NCBI GenBank assembly: GCA_937128595.1
Contig: CAKZMO010000729.1
Span: 1 to 48,399, forward strand
Length of the DNA: 48,399 nt
Reading direction: 5' to 3'
From: an uncultured cyanobacterium
GTDB lineage: Bacteria; Cyanobacteriota; Cyanobacteriia; CAKZMO01
Both the position numbers and the translations under genes were made by a program. Below, in pieces: positions 18,647 through 27,734 of this stretch (within the stretch, counting starts at the first letter, position 1; each line of letters begins with the position of its first letter). Below the pieces are notes generated by a model. The model saw only the letters and a list, made by a program, of their open reading frames with translations, ran no database searches and was not told where the DNA came from.

Positions 18647-18835
18647 ATGTATCCAGAGCAGCAACCCCCGGCTCCCTTAGAGTGTCCCCAGTGCGGCAAG
18701 AAAGTTTTGATTCAGAACGGAAATTTCTTCAAATGCCTGTGGTGTAAGTTTGAGTCTAGTCTCGATGAAACTCCTAACGGCGCGTTTCTCTTCCCATTCA
18801 TTGCTGCAATGTTGTTAACCCTCGTACTCATCTAG
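18647..18835 (+). CDS. Small zinc-ribbon protein with C-terminal TM anchor
   Basis: CPQC..CLWC, hydrophobic C-terminus, AAAGG upstream and TATAAT about 30 nt before ATG. Confidence 0.75.
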   Translation: MYPEQQPPAPLECPQCGKKVLIQNGNFFKCLWCKFESSLDETPNGAFLFPFIAAMLLTLVLI

Positions 18836-18853
18836 ATGAACTACGGCAGAAAC

Positions 18854-18893
18854 TGAGCCGTGGCAGAGAGCGATCGCTCTCTGCCACGGCTCA
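18854..18893. repeat. Perfect 40-bp palindrome centred on HIP1
   Basis: TGAGCCGTGGCAGAGAGCGA|TCGCTCTCTGCCACGGCTCA equals its own reverse complement. Confidence 0.95.
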
Positions 18894-18949
18894 TGGGTGC
18901 ACAATCTTTACCAAAAATTGAACAACTAGTGAACTATTTTTTACACTTG

Positions 18950-18972
18950 AAATACACATCAGATGTATATTT
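18950..18972. promoter_or_regulatory. 23-bp inverted repeat, candidate operator upstream of RHH gene
   Basis: AAATACACATC-A-GATGTATATTT (10/11 match). Confidence 0.45.
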
Positions 18973-19106
18973 AACAGAGTTCATTGAGCGACACTCGCAG
19001 TTTGAAGAGCATCGTTACGTCGAACTACGGATGCAGCCCATGGAACAGAGTGATATGTCTGTTTTGTTTATTCCCTGTGGATATAGTGCACATTGAGGAG
19101 AGAATT

Positions 19107-19427
19107 ATGCGCGATGAAAGCGATATCCAAAACACAGCCCAGGATGCGTCAGTAGAGTCATCCGAACGTGTATCAAAGAAAAATGCGAGTACCAAACGAA
19201 GTAGAGCAGCAGTCTCCAGAGCTAACAAAAAGCGCCTCAATCTTGAACTTTCTCCAGATGCTTATGACCTGTTGCAAAAACTAGCGGATTCGTCTGGAAA
19301 AAACATGGCAGACGTTTTGCGCACCGGCTTAGCGTTGTATGGCATTGCTGAAGATGCAAAGGAAGAGGGTCGCGCCCTCGGCGTAGTAGATGGCGATCGC
19401 GTCGTTAAAGAAATTGTGACGACCTAA
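19107..19427 (+). CDS. Ribbon-helix-helix (CopG-like) DNA-binding protein
   Basis: KRLNLELSPDAYDLLQKLADSSGKNMADVLRTGLALY fits the RHH pattern; GAGGAG RBS before ATG 19107. Confidence 0.85.
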   Translation: MRDESDIQNTAQDASVESSERVSKKNASTKRSRAAVSRANKKRLNLELSPDAYDLLQKLADSSGKNMADVLRTGLALYGIAEDAKEEGRALGVVDGDRVVKEIVTT

Positions 19428-19522
19428 GTCCAAGCCGCCAAAACTCAGAAAGTCCCTTTGGTTTGGGTCATCCTCGATTTTGATTCAAACCAGAAGGGCA
19501 AATGCTAACGACCGTAAGATGA

Positions 19523-19572
19523 ACGAGTCCGAACGGAGGTGCGATCGCGCACGCTCAGTCGGGCTCGTTTTT
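19523..19572 (+). terminator. Long hairpin with HIP1 at apex and T tail
   Basis: AACGAGTCCGA...GTGCG-ATCG-CGCAC...TCGGGCTCGTT followed by TTT. Confidence 0.55.
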
Positions 19573-19901
19573 GAGGATCTAGTTCTCCAGGTTTCAGCAG
19601 CTGTGTACAGTCTCTCAATATTGAGTGTCTCGATTTTTTACAAGGTTGGGCATAATGCGATTAGGAATTTAATGGTCTCAGACCTTATCGCTCCCTTTTG
19701 AAAAATCGTTAAGATTGCAGAACGGCAAAAGCCTTAAATACAGTCTTCGGTTTGCATTCGGTGTTTTTGAACTTACATTCGGGTTTGACCATCGACGAAT
19801 GAAGCGTCGAATCATCCGCGTTTGAGTGCCCATATTTGAATGCGGTCTTGAGCTTAGTCTATCCATCATGTCGGGCGTTTACTCAAAAGATAGGTGCTTC
19901 C

Positions 19902-20999
19902 ATGCCAAAATATCGCCACCCCGAACTCGAAGGTAGCGAGTCCCAAACTCTGTACACATTTGAACTCAAAAGCCGACGGAAAACTCGGCTAGTCCGATTG
20001 TGTTGGGTACTTCTTGGGCTTGTCATTGGTATGGGAGGAACTGCAGCAACCTACATTGCACTGACAACGCAGTGGACTGATGTCATTTCCTCAATTGATA
20101 TCCCGCTTCAAACCAACCGGGACAGCGGTCAAAAGTATCAAGAGGGTCTCAGCAAAGCGATGAGCGCTGCTGAACTAACGCAATCCGCTGAATTTAAGGA
20201 GGACTGGGTGCGGGTCGCAATGCTGTGGCAAGAAGCAATTACTCATATGGACAACGTACCTGCCAACAACAACGAGGGAGCAGTCGCGCAGCAAAAAGTC
20301 GGGGAGTATCAGCGCAACCTTCAATATGCTCAAAGCAACGTCCAAACGCGCCCATCCCGTAACCCTAATGTCCAAGAATTCTGGATTCCGGGAACCGATC
20401 GTTCAGTTGTCATCGATATTCAAGGAACTCCTTCACGGGTCATTCGATACGATACCTTCTGTCAAGAAATTTTGTATTACGGAGATAGTCGCGTCGAGCT
20501 TCAGCATGGTCAAGTTAGCGAATACGACAACGTCGGTAACAATCTCAAGGTCGTAGGCGATGCAACCACAGCTAGCATCTTCCAGGGCGATCGCAGCTTT
20601 TGGACATTGGGCTCCCTCAAGGAAGAGGTCTTCCGGTTTCAGGGCGCACCCGATCGCATCATCAATTATGAAACGATTGGCAAGGAGATGCTCTACTACG
20701 GCAATAGTTCCATCGAACTTGAAGACGGTAGTGTGGTTGGCTATCGAAACGAGGATCGCAACTTGAAGGTGGCTATCCCAACTCCATCAATTGATTCATC
20801 TGAGAACGTCTCACCCTCTTGGTCACTGGGCGCGAGTCGTGCTGAGGTTCTCAACACTCAACAACAAACGCCAACCCAGGTTACCCGCAACAACGCAGCC
20901 TGCAAAGAAACACTCGCATTTGGCGACAGTAGCGTAGAGCTCAAACATGGAATCGTGACGGGCTATGACAATATCAGTCGTAATCTTCGAGTACGCTAG
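19902..20999 (+). CDS. Single-TM hypothetical protein with helical domain and three SmpA/BamE-like repeats
   Basis: TM helix near the N-terminus; three repeats WxxGx5VxxxQ(G)xP...E.L.(Y/F)G.S.(V/I)EL..G.V..Y.N...NL(K/R)V. Confidence 0.8.
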   Translation: MPKYRHPELEGSESQTLYTFELKSRRKTRLVRLCWVLLGLVIGMGGTAATYIALTTQWTDVISSIDIPLQTNRDSGQKYQEGLSKAMSAAELTQSAEFKEDWVRVAMLWQEAITHMDNVPANNNEGAVAQQKVGEYQRNLQYAQSNVQTRPSRNPNVQEFWIPGTDRSVVIDIQGTPSRVIRYDTFCQEILYYGDSRVELQHGQVSEYDNVGNNLKVVGDATTASIFQGDRSFWTLGSLKEEVFRFQGAPDRIINYETIGKEMLYYGNSSIELEDGSVVGYRNEDRNLKVAIPTPSIDSSENVSPSWSLGASRAEVLNTQQQTPTQVTRNNAACKETLAFGDSSVELKHGIVTGYDNISRNLRVR

Positions 21000-21047
21000 T
21001 TTCTTGAGACGTCTACCTTCGAGATGTGTGATCCTAGTGCAAGCAAA

Positions 21048-22040
21048 TCATTCGGCTGCGTTAGCCGAGACCTTCTGAGGCTCACGCCCCAGAGCTGCGA
21101 TACTCAGGGTGACAACCACAATTCCCAGGATTTGAACGCTATTGAGGCTCTCTTGAATGGTGATCCAGGCGAGCAACGTGGTCAGCGCTGGATTGGTTGC
21201 TCCAACCATCGCAGCAGTCGTTGCACCAATCACACGAATTCCGAAGTTGTTAAGCAAATGACCGACCGAAGTGGCGATCGCCGAAAGCAATCCACCAATC
21301 CATAATGCTGTCCAAGGCAAATTTGGAGTCGATTCATATCCTGATGCTAATCCCATCGCCAATCCAATACCCGAAAGCACCATTGCAGTTGCAAAGCTAA
21401 TCCAAGTAAACGGGACAGGATGCATCAATTCAAAGCTCTTTTGAGCATTGACCGAATAGAGCGCATAGGTCAGTCCAGAGGCTATGCCTAATACCACACC
21501 TAGCCAGCTCGCCTGAGCATCAGAAGCGCTACTGTGAGGAATTGTCAATGCGCTGCCCAGCAGAACAAACCCCATGACGACCCAGCGATAACGGCTCAGA
21601 GAGCTGTTCAACAGCCTCCAGGACAGAAGAGCGGTGAAGACTGGATACGTAAAAAATAAGGTAAGAGCAATTCCAGTTGAGATTAACCCAACCGACAAAT
21701 ACAGCAGCGCCAAATAGAGAAACATGAACAGTCCGCCCGTGAGCGCATGAGCCAGCAAGCGGCGTTGTTTCGGAGACTTGAGCTGACGAATTTCATCCCA
21801 GGACTTGTCGTAGAACCGAGACAAGGGAATGGCCATCAGCGGCACTCCCAACATCATGCGCATGAATAGCAGCAAAAAGGAGTTTTGTAGGGTTGGCTCG
21901 ACAAACCCACCCGTGTTAAAAACGCCTAACACGGAACTTTCGTTGAACAATACGCGAACAATGACGTTTTGGAAGCAAAAGAAAAACGAAGCTGCCAAAA
22001 CGATGAGAAATCCTATCACTGCCTTGCACCCTTTGCTCAA
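21048..22040 (-). CDS. DMT/EamA family transporter
   Basis: About 10 TM helices in two repeats; GIALTLFFTYPVFTALL, IGATTAAMVGATNP. Confidence 0.9.
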   Translation of the reverse strand: MSKGCKAVIGFLIVLAASFFFCFQNVIVRVLFNESSVLGVFNTGGFVEPTLQNSFLLLFMRMMLGVPLMAIPLSRFYDKSWDEIRQLKSPKQRRLLAHALTGGLFMFLYLALLYLSVGLISTGIALTLFFTYPVFTALLSWRLLNSSLSRYRWVVMGFVLLGSALTIPHSSASDAQASWLGVVLGIASGLTYALYSVNAQKSFELMHPVPFTWISFATAMVLSGIGLAMGLASGYESTPNLPWTALWIGGLLSAIATSVGHLLNNFGIRVIGATTAAMVGATNPALTTLLAWITIQESLNSVQILGIVVVTLSIAALGREPQKVSANAAE

Positions 22041-22082
22041 TTAGAGTCTCTTCAGTTTTGCAAGGAGACTGCAAACGCTAGG

Positions 22083-24632
22083 TCAATCCTCTTCTCCATC
22101 AGAAGCACCGTCTGAGTCCGAATTTTCTGGGGTGTAAGCGACGAGGGTTTGACGAATAGTTTCACCTTTGGGCAATTTGAAGAGGCGATCGCCCCCCTTC
22201 TTACTGGTCGCACGAATGGATTCTATCGGCACTTTCGCTATTCGCTCAGCATCTGTAAACACGGTCACGAAAGTCTCAGGATGAGCTGGAGTAATGCTGC
22301 TTACTCGATCGGTCTTATTCGCAAACTGCATCATCTGAGTCCCGATGTCACCGCGATTGGCTAAGTGTAATTCTTCTCCAGCAATGCGCTTGCAGTACCC
22401 TTGGCGAGTCATCACCGAAAGTTCTTCTGTATCCTCTGAAAGCACGACACAGCCAACGAGATGCTCCTTCTTGCTAAGCCGCATGACAGCATATCCCTGA
22501 GCAGTACGCCCCATTTCAGGAAGCTGCTCCTCGGTCGCTCGAAATTTCAGCATTCGTCCACCAGAACTAGCCACAACAAGGTATTCACCCGGTTTGACGA
22601 ATAGGACATGGCGCAGCTCGTCACCTTCTTTCAGTTTGAGCGCAGTTAGACCACGGGCACTGAGGTTTGAGAAATCAGACAGAGCTACGCGTTTAATGCG
22701 ACCTGATTGAGTCACTAGCACGATATCGTAATCATCGTCATCTGGTCGGATCATCTGAGCTGCAATTAGATCAGGATCACCCGTAGATTTAACTGCCGAA
22801 GGCAGCAGCATGATTAACGGCGAACCTTTGGAATTGCGAGCGGTCTGGGGAATATCATTGACCAAAAGGCTGTAAGCTTTGCCGCCACGAGTAAAGACTA
22901 ATAACTCTTGTTGGGTGTGGGTCATTTCGACCTGAGTGACAATATCATCATTGTTGGGTTCCAACGATGATGACATCTCCTCGATTTGCTTGGTTCTCCG
23001 CCGCTGAAATGAACGTGGAGAACTGCGGCGCACATAGCCCTGCTGGGTAAATTCCAATACAACTTCATCTTTGACGGCTGCTTCAGCAGCGACCATTGCC
23101 TCTAAGCGTTGCTGTTCTCGCTCGAGTTCAGCCATGCTCAAAATTCGGGTGCGTCGCTTATCCCCAAACTTTTTCTTAATCGCTCTCAAGTCTTTTTTGA
23201 GCGCCTTGAGAAATTCGTTGCGATCGCCCAAAAGTTGCTCCAAATGCTGAATCTGCTGAGTTAGCTCTAGATATTCAGACTGAAGCTTTTCTCGTTCTAA
23301 TCCCGTGAGACGCCGCAAGGGCATCGACAGCACCGCATCGGCTTGGCGATCGCTCAAGTCAAATGCCTCTAGCATCTGTCCCTTTGCGGTTGTACCATCA
23401 GGGGCATTTCTCAAAATCTCAATCAGATCGTCCAAGTTTTCGAGAGCCCGCAACAGTCCCTCAACGATATGACGTCGCTGGTCAAACTGGTCAAGCTCAT
23501 TTTGGTACTGACGGTTTAGAGTTTCTTCGCGGAACTCAAGAAATGCTTGCAAAGTCTCTCTCAACGACATTTGGAGAGGTTGCCCATCGTTGAGCGCCAA
23601 CATGATTGTGCCAAAATTATTTTGCACAGGGGTCATGCGATAGAGATCGCTGAGCACCTTAGCGGGTTGAGCATCCCGCCGCAGTTCAATCACGATTCTC
23701 ATTCCTTCGCGATCGCTCTCGTCCCGAATATCTGAAATGCCTTCTAGCCGTCCATTGTTAACAAGTTCCGCGATTTTTTCGATGCATCCCGCTTTATTGA
23801 CTTGAAAGGGTAATTCAGTAATGACAATAGCTGGCCGTCGATGCCGCCCCCGTCCGCCTTGCATCTCCTCAAAGGTCGCCACTCCTCGGATGGGAATGCT
23901 ACCGCGTCCCGTTAGATAAGCATCGCGAATGCCTTTTGTATCAATAATTTCTCCCCCAGTTGGGAAGTCAGGGCCTGGGATCAGCTCTAGTAGCTTTTCG
24001 TCTGACAGGTTTGGGCGATCGATGAGTGCAATCAACCCATCTACAACTTCACCCAGATTGTGGGGAGGAATGTTTGTTGCCATCCCCACAGCAATACCTG
24101 AACTGCCATTGAGTAAGAGAATCGGCAATTGAGCAGGAAGCACAATAGGCTCCTGCTGTGAACTGTCAAAGTTGTCAATGAAATCAACGGTAGCTTCCCC
24201 AATCTCACTCAGCAAGCCTTCATTGCCAATAGCGGCAAGGCGCGTCTCGGTATATCGCATTGCCGCTGGCGGGTCATTATCCACAGAGCCAAAATTTCCA
24301 TGGCCTGCCAAAAGAGGATAGCGACTAGAAAAAAGCTGCACCATCCGTACCAAAGCGTCGTATACGGCCTGGTCTCCGTGGGGATGATATTTACCTAGAA
24401 CATCCCCGACCACACGAGCACATTTGCGAAAGGGGCGATCGGGAGTGAGCCCAAGTTCGTGCATGGCATAGAGAATGCGACGATGCACTGGCTTCAGACC
24501 GTCTCGCACATCAGGCAAGGCGCGTCCGACAATCACGCTCATGGCGTATTCCAAATAGGAACGCTGCACTTCTGAGTGCAGTGCAGTGGAAACAACCTGC
24601 CCCGAAGAAACGATGTTGAGTTGATTAGCCAT
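22083..24632 (-). CDS. gyrA: DNA gyrase/topoisomerase IV subunit A (paralog without canonical GyrA box)
   Basis: [28 protein letters not shown] catalytic Tyr, [15 protein letters not shown]; C-terminal beta-pinwheel repeats. Confidence 0.93.
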   Translation of the reverse strand: MANQLNIVSSGQVVSTALHSEVQRSYLEYAMSVIVGRALPDVRDGLKPVHRRILYAMHELGLTPDRPFRKCARVVGDVLGKYHPHGDQAVYDALVRMVQLFSSRYPLLAGHGNFGSVDNDPPAAMRYTETRLAAIGNEGLLSEIGEATVDFIDNFDSSQQEPIVLPAQLPILLLNGSSGIAVGMATNIPPHNLGEVVDGLIALIDRPNLSDEKLLELIPGPDFPTGGEIIDTKGIRDAYLTGRGSIPIRGVATFEEMQGGRGRHRRPAIVITELPFQVNKAGCIEKIAELVNNGRLEGISDIRDESDREGMRIVIELRRDAQPAKVLSDLYRMTPVQNNFGTIMLALNDGQPLQMSLRETLQAFLEFREETLNRQYQNELDQFDQRRHIVEGLLRALENLDDLIEILRNAPDGTTAKGQMLEAFDLSDRQADAVLSMPLRRLTGLEREKLQSEYLELTQQIQHLEQLLGDRNEFLKALKKDLRAIKKKFGDKRRTRILSMAELEREQQRLEAMVAAEAAVKDEVVLEFTQQGYVRRSSPRSFQRRRTKQIEEMSSSLEPNNDDIVTQVEMTHTQQELLVFTRGGKAYSLLVNDIPQTARNSKGSPLIMLLPSAVKSTGDPDLIAAQMIRPDDDDYDIVLVTQSGRIKRVALSDFSNLSARGLTALKLKEGDELRHVLFVKPGEYLVVASSGGRMLKFRATEEQLPEMGRTAQGYAVMRLSKKEHLVGCVVLSEDTEELSVMTRQGYCKRIAGEELHLANRGDIGTQMMQFANKTDRVSSITPAHPETFVTVFTDAERIAKVPIESIRATSKKGGDRLFKLPKGETIRQTLVAYTPENSDSDGASDGEED

Positions 24633-25616
24633 GAAATTTTGGTGATGTGGATGAGTATTGAGAAGGGGTAGGACTAAAGAGCAAGATGCAATATCCGAAG
24701 CCGATAGAACTAATAAATCGATCTCCCATTAGCAGAAACTGAAAGCACGAGTATAGTGCACAGATACCATAGTTATCACAGCCCATCTACAATTTTGCTA
24801 ATTCCTCCAATTTCACCGGAGCACCTTTTCGTCTGGATGAATATTGATGATGCTCTGGTAAAGTTTCCCGAATTTCAAGAGGAGTGATGCCCTGTAGATA
24901 TGAAATTAAGGTATCTTTGCAGTGCAGCTATGCAATTGAAAGTATTTGACAACTTAACAGGTTCTCGGACTTTTTGTAGGTTTGGCATAGGCTCCGAAAT
25001 GACCGCAGTAAGTGTGGGGTCAACACTAAACCAAACGGGAGTGTACCTCCCGGCGGGGGCACACCCCCAGATAGCATCGTTTGCTTATGGATACTTACTT
25101 AGTAGTTTATTGTCCAAATACGCTGTTTTGGCTAAAAACAAGAGCGAACGTTCTAGTATTTCTGATATCACGGGTGCATTTGGCTTTGACTGTTTGATTC
25201 AACGTTTTCTGATTTCACACTATTTCTGTAAAACAGTGGTCTATGTAGCAAGTCTGGAGTTGAGTGAGATTTGGAGCTTAGATCGACGACTTAAAGGTAG
25301 ATCTGACTCATGTCTGCGGCATCTCGGAGCGGCTATGCTATTGAGCCGATAGACAGGCTGTAAGGATCTATCTCTCTTACGACGTTGCTCTAAAGTCACT
25401 GATGTTATCAGGATAGAAACAGAAAATTAGTTTGAGAACTAGTGCAGGAATGAGTGCTGACGAAGGAGCAAGAATGGCTGGTATCAAAATGTGAAGCTAC
25501 AGAATTAGACGTTCAAGTAACGCCTAAGAATTCCAGAGATACTGGAAGCAGAATATCTTGTTCATGCCTCAGTATCTAATTTAAGCACCGACGACCGAAT
25601 GAACGGACGAGACTTT

Positions 25617-26018
25617 ATGAAAACAGTTTTGATTGTGGAAGATGACCCTATCAACGCACGGGTTTTCTCCAAGATTTTGACCAAACGAGGAGGACTAGCT
25701 GTCAAACACACTGAAGACGTGGATGAGGTTTTGCAGATTGCTCAGTCTGGAGGAGCAGACGTTATCTTGATGGATGTTTCTCTCTCTCGCAGCTCCTACC
25801 AAGGAAGACCTGTTGACGGCATTAAGATCACGCAAATGCTTAAAGACGATCCCAATACTGCAAATCTACCCGTAATCTTAGTGACAGCCCACGCTATGCA
25901 AGGCGATCGCGAGAACTTTTTGCAACAGAGCGGCGCTGACGCCTACATTTCAAAGCCTGTCATTGATCATCAGAGCTTTGTTGACCAGATTAAGAAACTC
26001 CTCCCCGATGAAAGCTAG
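25617..26018 (+). CDS. Single-domain response regulator (DivK-like)
   Basis: VLIVEDD, ILMDVSL, VTAHAM.GD, ISKP; alternative start at 25599. Confidence 0.93.
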   Translation: MKTVLIVEDDPINARVFSKILTKRGGLAVKHTEDVDEVLQIAQSGGADVILMDVSLSRSSYQGRPVDGIKITQMLKDDPNTANLPVILVTAHAMQGDRENFLQQSGADAYISKPVIDHQSFVDQIKKLLPDES

Positions 26019-26388
26019 GATCAAGTGCAGACTGTGACTCACTTCGTTTGAGAAGCTACTTACTTACAGAACTTACTCAAAGGTTGAGTTGAATCTTGCT
26101 GGATTATCTCACCAGCCACAGTCGATATCAAGGCATTCTGGGCAAGCTGCTACGCCTGCCATGATAGCGAATAGTTTGTGAAGGAGTGGGTTGGCGAGGA
26201 AGACAGCACAGAGAGAAATGCATGGTTGACCCAGCTCTAGAGCAACTTTATAACGGGTTACTTGGATGAATTAAGTTCAATTGTACTATAAAGTCAATCC
26301 GCAGATGCGATCGCTTTTGAGGCTCCGGGCAAAGGTTTAGACTGAGACACGGCAAAGATGACGTGAATAGAAAAGGCTAGGTGTATTA

Positions 26389-27600
26389 GTGATCAGGCTG
26401 AAGCGATGGTACGTAATGGGACTGACGACTCTGGTAGGAGGGGCGATCGCCCTTTTGCTTTCTCTATCTCAGGGGTCGCAGGCTCAGGAACCGACATCAG
26501 AACCCGCCAACTTGTTCGACCTTATTTCCCCTGACGAACCGTCAACAGTGATGGATGCTCCAGAGGTGCGGGGGGTATGGCTGACCAACATCGACAGCGA
26601 TGTCTTGTTTTCCTCGTCTCATTTGAAAGCAAGTCTTGAGCAGCTTGCCCAGATCCACTTCAACACGGTCTATCCATCAGTTTGGAATTGGGGCTACACG
26701 CTTTTTCCAAGTCCTGTGGCTGAAGAGGCGCTTGGCGTAGAGGTTGATCCCCATCCGGCATTACAACAACGAGACATGTTGGCAGAAGCCGTGGAGGAAG
26801 GGCATCGTCTGGGTTTGGCAGTGATTCCTTGGTTCGAATTTGGGCTGATGGTGCCGTCTTATTCAGAACTTGCACGTCGCCATCCCGATTGGATCACGGC
26901 TCGTGAAGATGGCTCAACCGTTGTCATGCAAGGGCGGCATCCTCGTCGCTGGCTGAATCCGTTACACCCCCAGGTTCAAGACTTTTTGGTTGATCTCGTC
27001 GCCGATGTTGTTACCCGCTATGACGTGGATGGCATTCAGCTCGATGATCATTTTGGGATGCCCATTGAATTGGGATATGACCCCTATACCGTTGCGCAGT
27101 ACCAGGCCGAACATGACGGGGATGATCCTCCGAGCGATCGCCAAGACGCAGAGTGGATTGAGTGGCGATCGCAACATGTTACCGCTCTTATGGAGCGCAT
27201 TGTCCAGCGTGTTCAGGCGATCAAACCCGACTGCATCATCTCACTGTCTCCCAATCCATCAGATTTTGCCTATCAAAACTATGCGCAAGATTGGAATAGC
27301 TGGTTAGAAAAAGGCTGGCTGGATGAGCTGATTGTTCAAGTCTATCGCTCTGATTTGTCGTCATTTACATCAGTACTAGACGACTCAACGCTTCAGGCCC
27401 AGCGCCAGCAGACGCTGACCAGTATAGGAATTCTGACCGGGCTCAAAAATAGTCCTACACCAGCCCCACAAATTCGTGAGCAGGTTGAGACCGCGCGCGA
27501 TCGCCAATATAGTGGCGTCTCTTTCTTCTTTTACGAGTCTCTGGGCGATCGCAACGAGTTTTATCAGAGCTTGTTTCCACATCCTGCTCCCCGAACATGA
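26389..27600 (+). CDS. Glycoside hydrolase-like 10 (DUF187) family protein, secreted
   Basis: EVRGVWLTN, PWFEFG, WLNPLHP, YDVDGIQLDDHF; signal peptide. Confidence 0.9.
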   Translation: MIRLKRWYVMGLTTLVGGAIALLLSLSQGSQAQEPTSEPANLFDLISPDEPSTVMDAPEVRGVWLTNIDSDVLFSSSHLKASLEQLAQIHFNTVYPSVWNWGYTLFPSPVAEEALGVEVDPHPALQQRDMLAEAVEEGHRLGLAVIPWFEFGLMVPSYSELARRHPDWITAREDGSTVVMQGRHPRRWLNPLHPQVQDFLVDLVADVVTRYDVDGIQLDDHFGMPIELGYDPYTVAQYQAEHDGDDPPSDRQDAEWIEWRSQHVTALMERIVQRVQAIKPDCIISLSPNPSDFAYQNYAQDWNSWLEKGWLDELIVQVYRSDLSSFTSVLDDSTLQAQRQQTLTSIGILTGLKNSPTPAPQIREQVETARDRQYSGVSFFFYESLGDRNEFYQSLFPHPAPRT

Positions 27601-27734
27601 CGTTCTGCTGGTAGAGATCTGTCAGGCCAAGATTCCACCTCGTGCCTTCTTCCAGAGAGCATAAGATTGAATATGTTAGCGATGCGAATCAGGAAGTTTC
27701 CACAAGTCCAAACCTCTAACCAGACTAACGCTCA

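Noticed and set aside
24900-25352. 150-aa ORF in the gyrA/response regulator gap
   Set aside because: No RBS, domain motif or protein-like composition; probably spurious.
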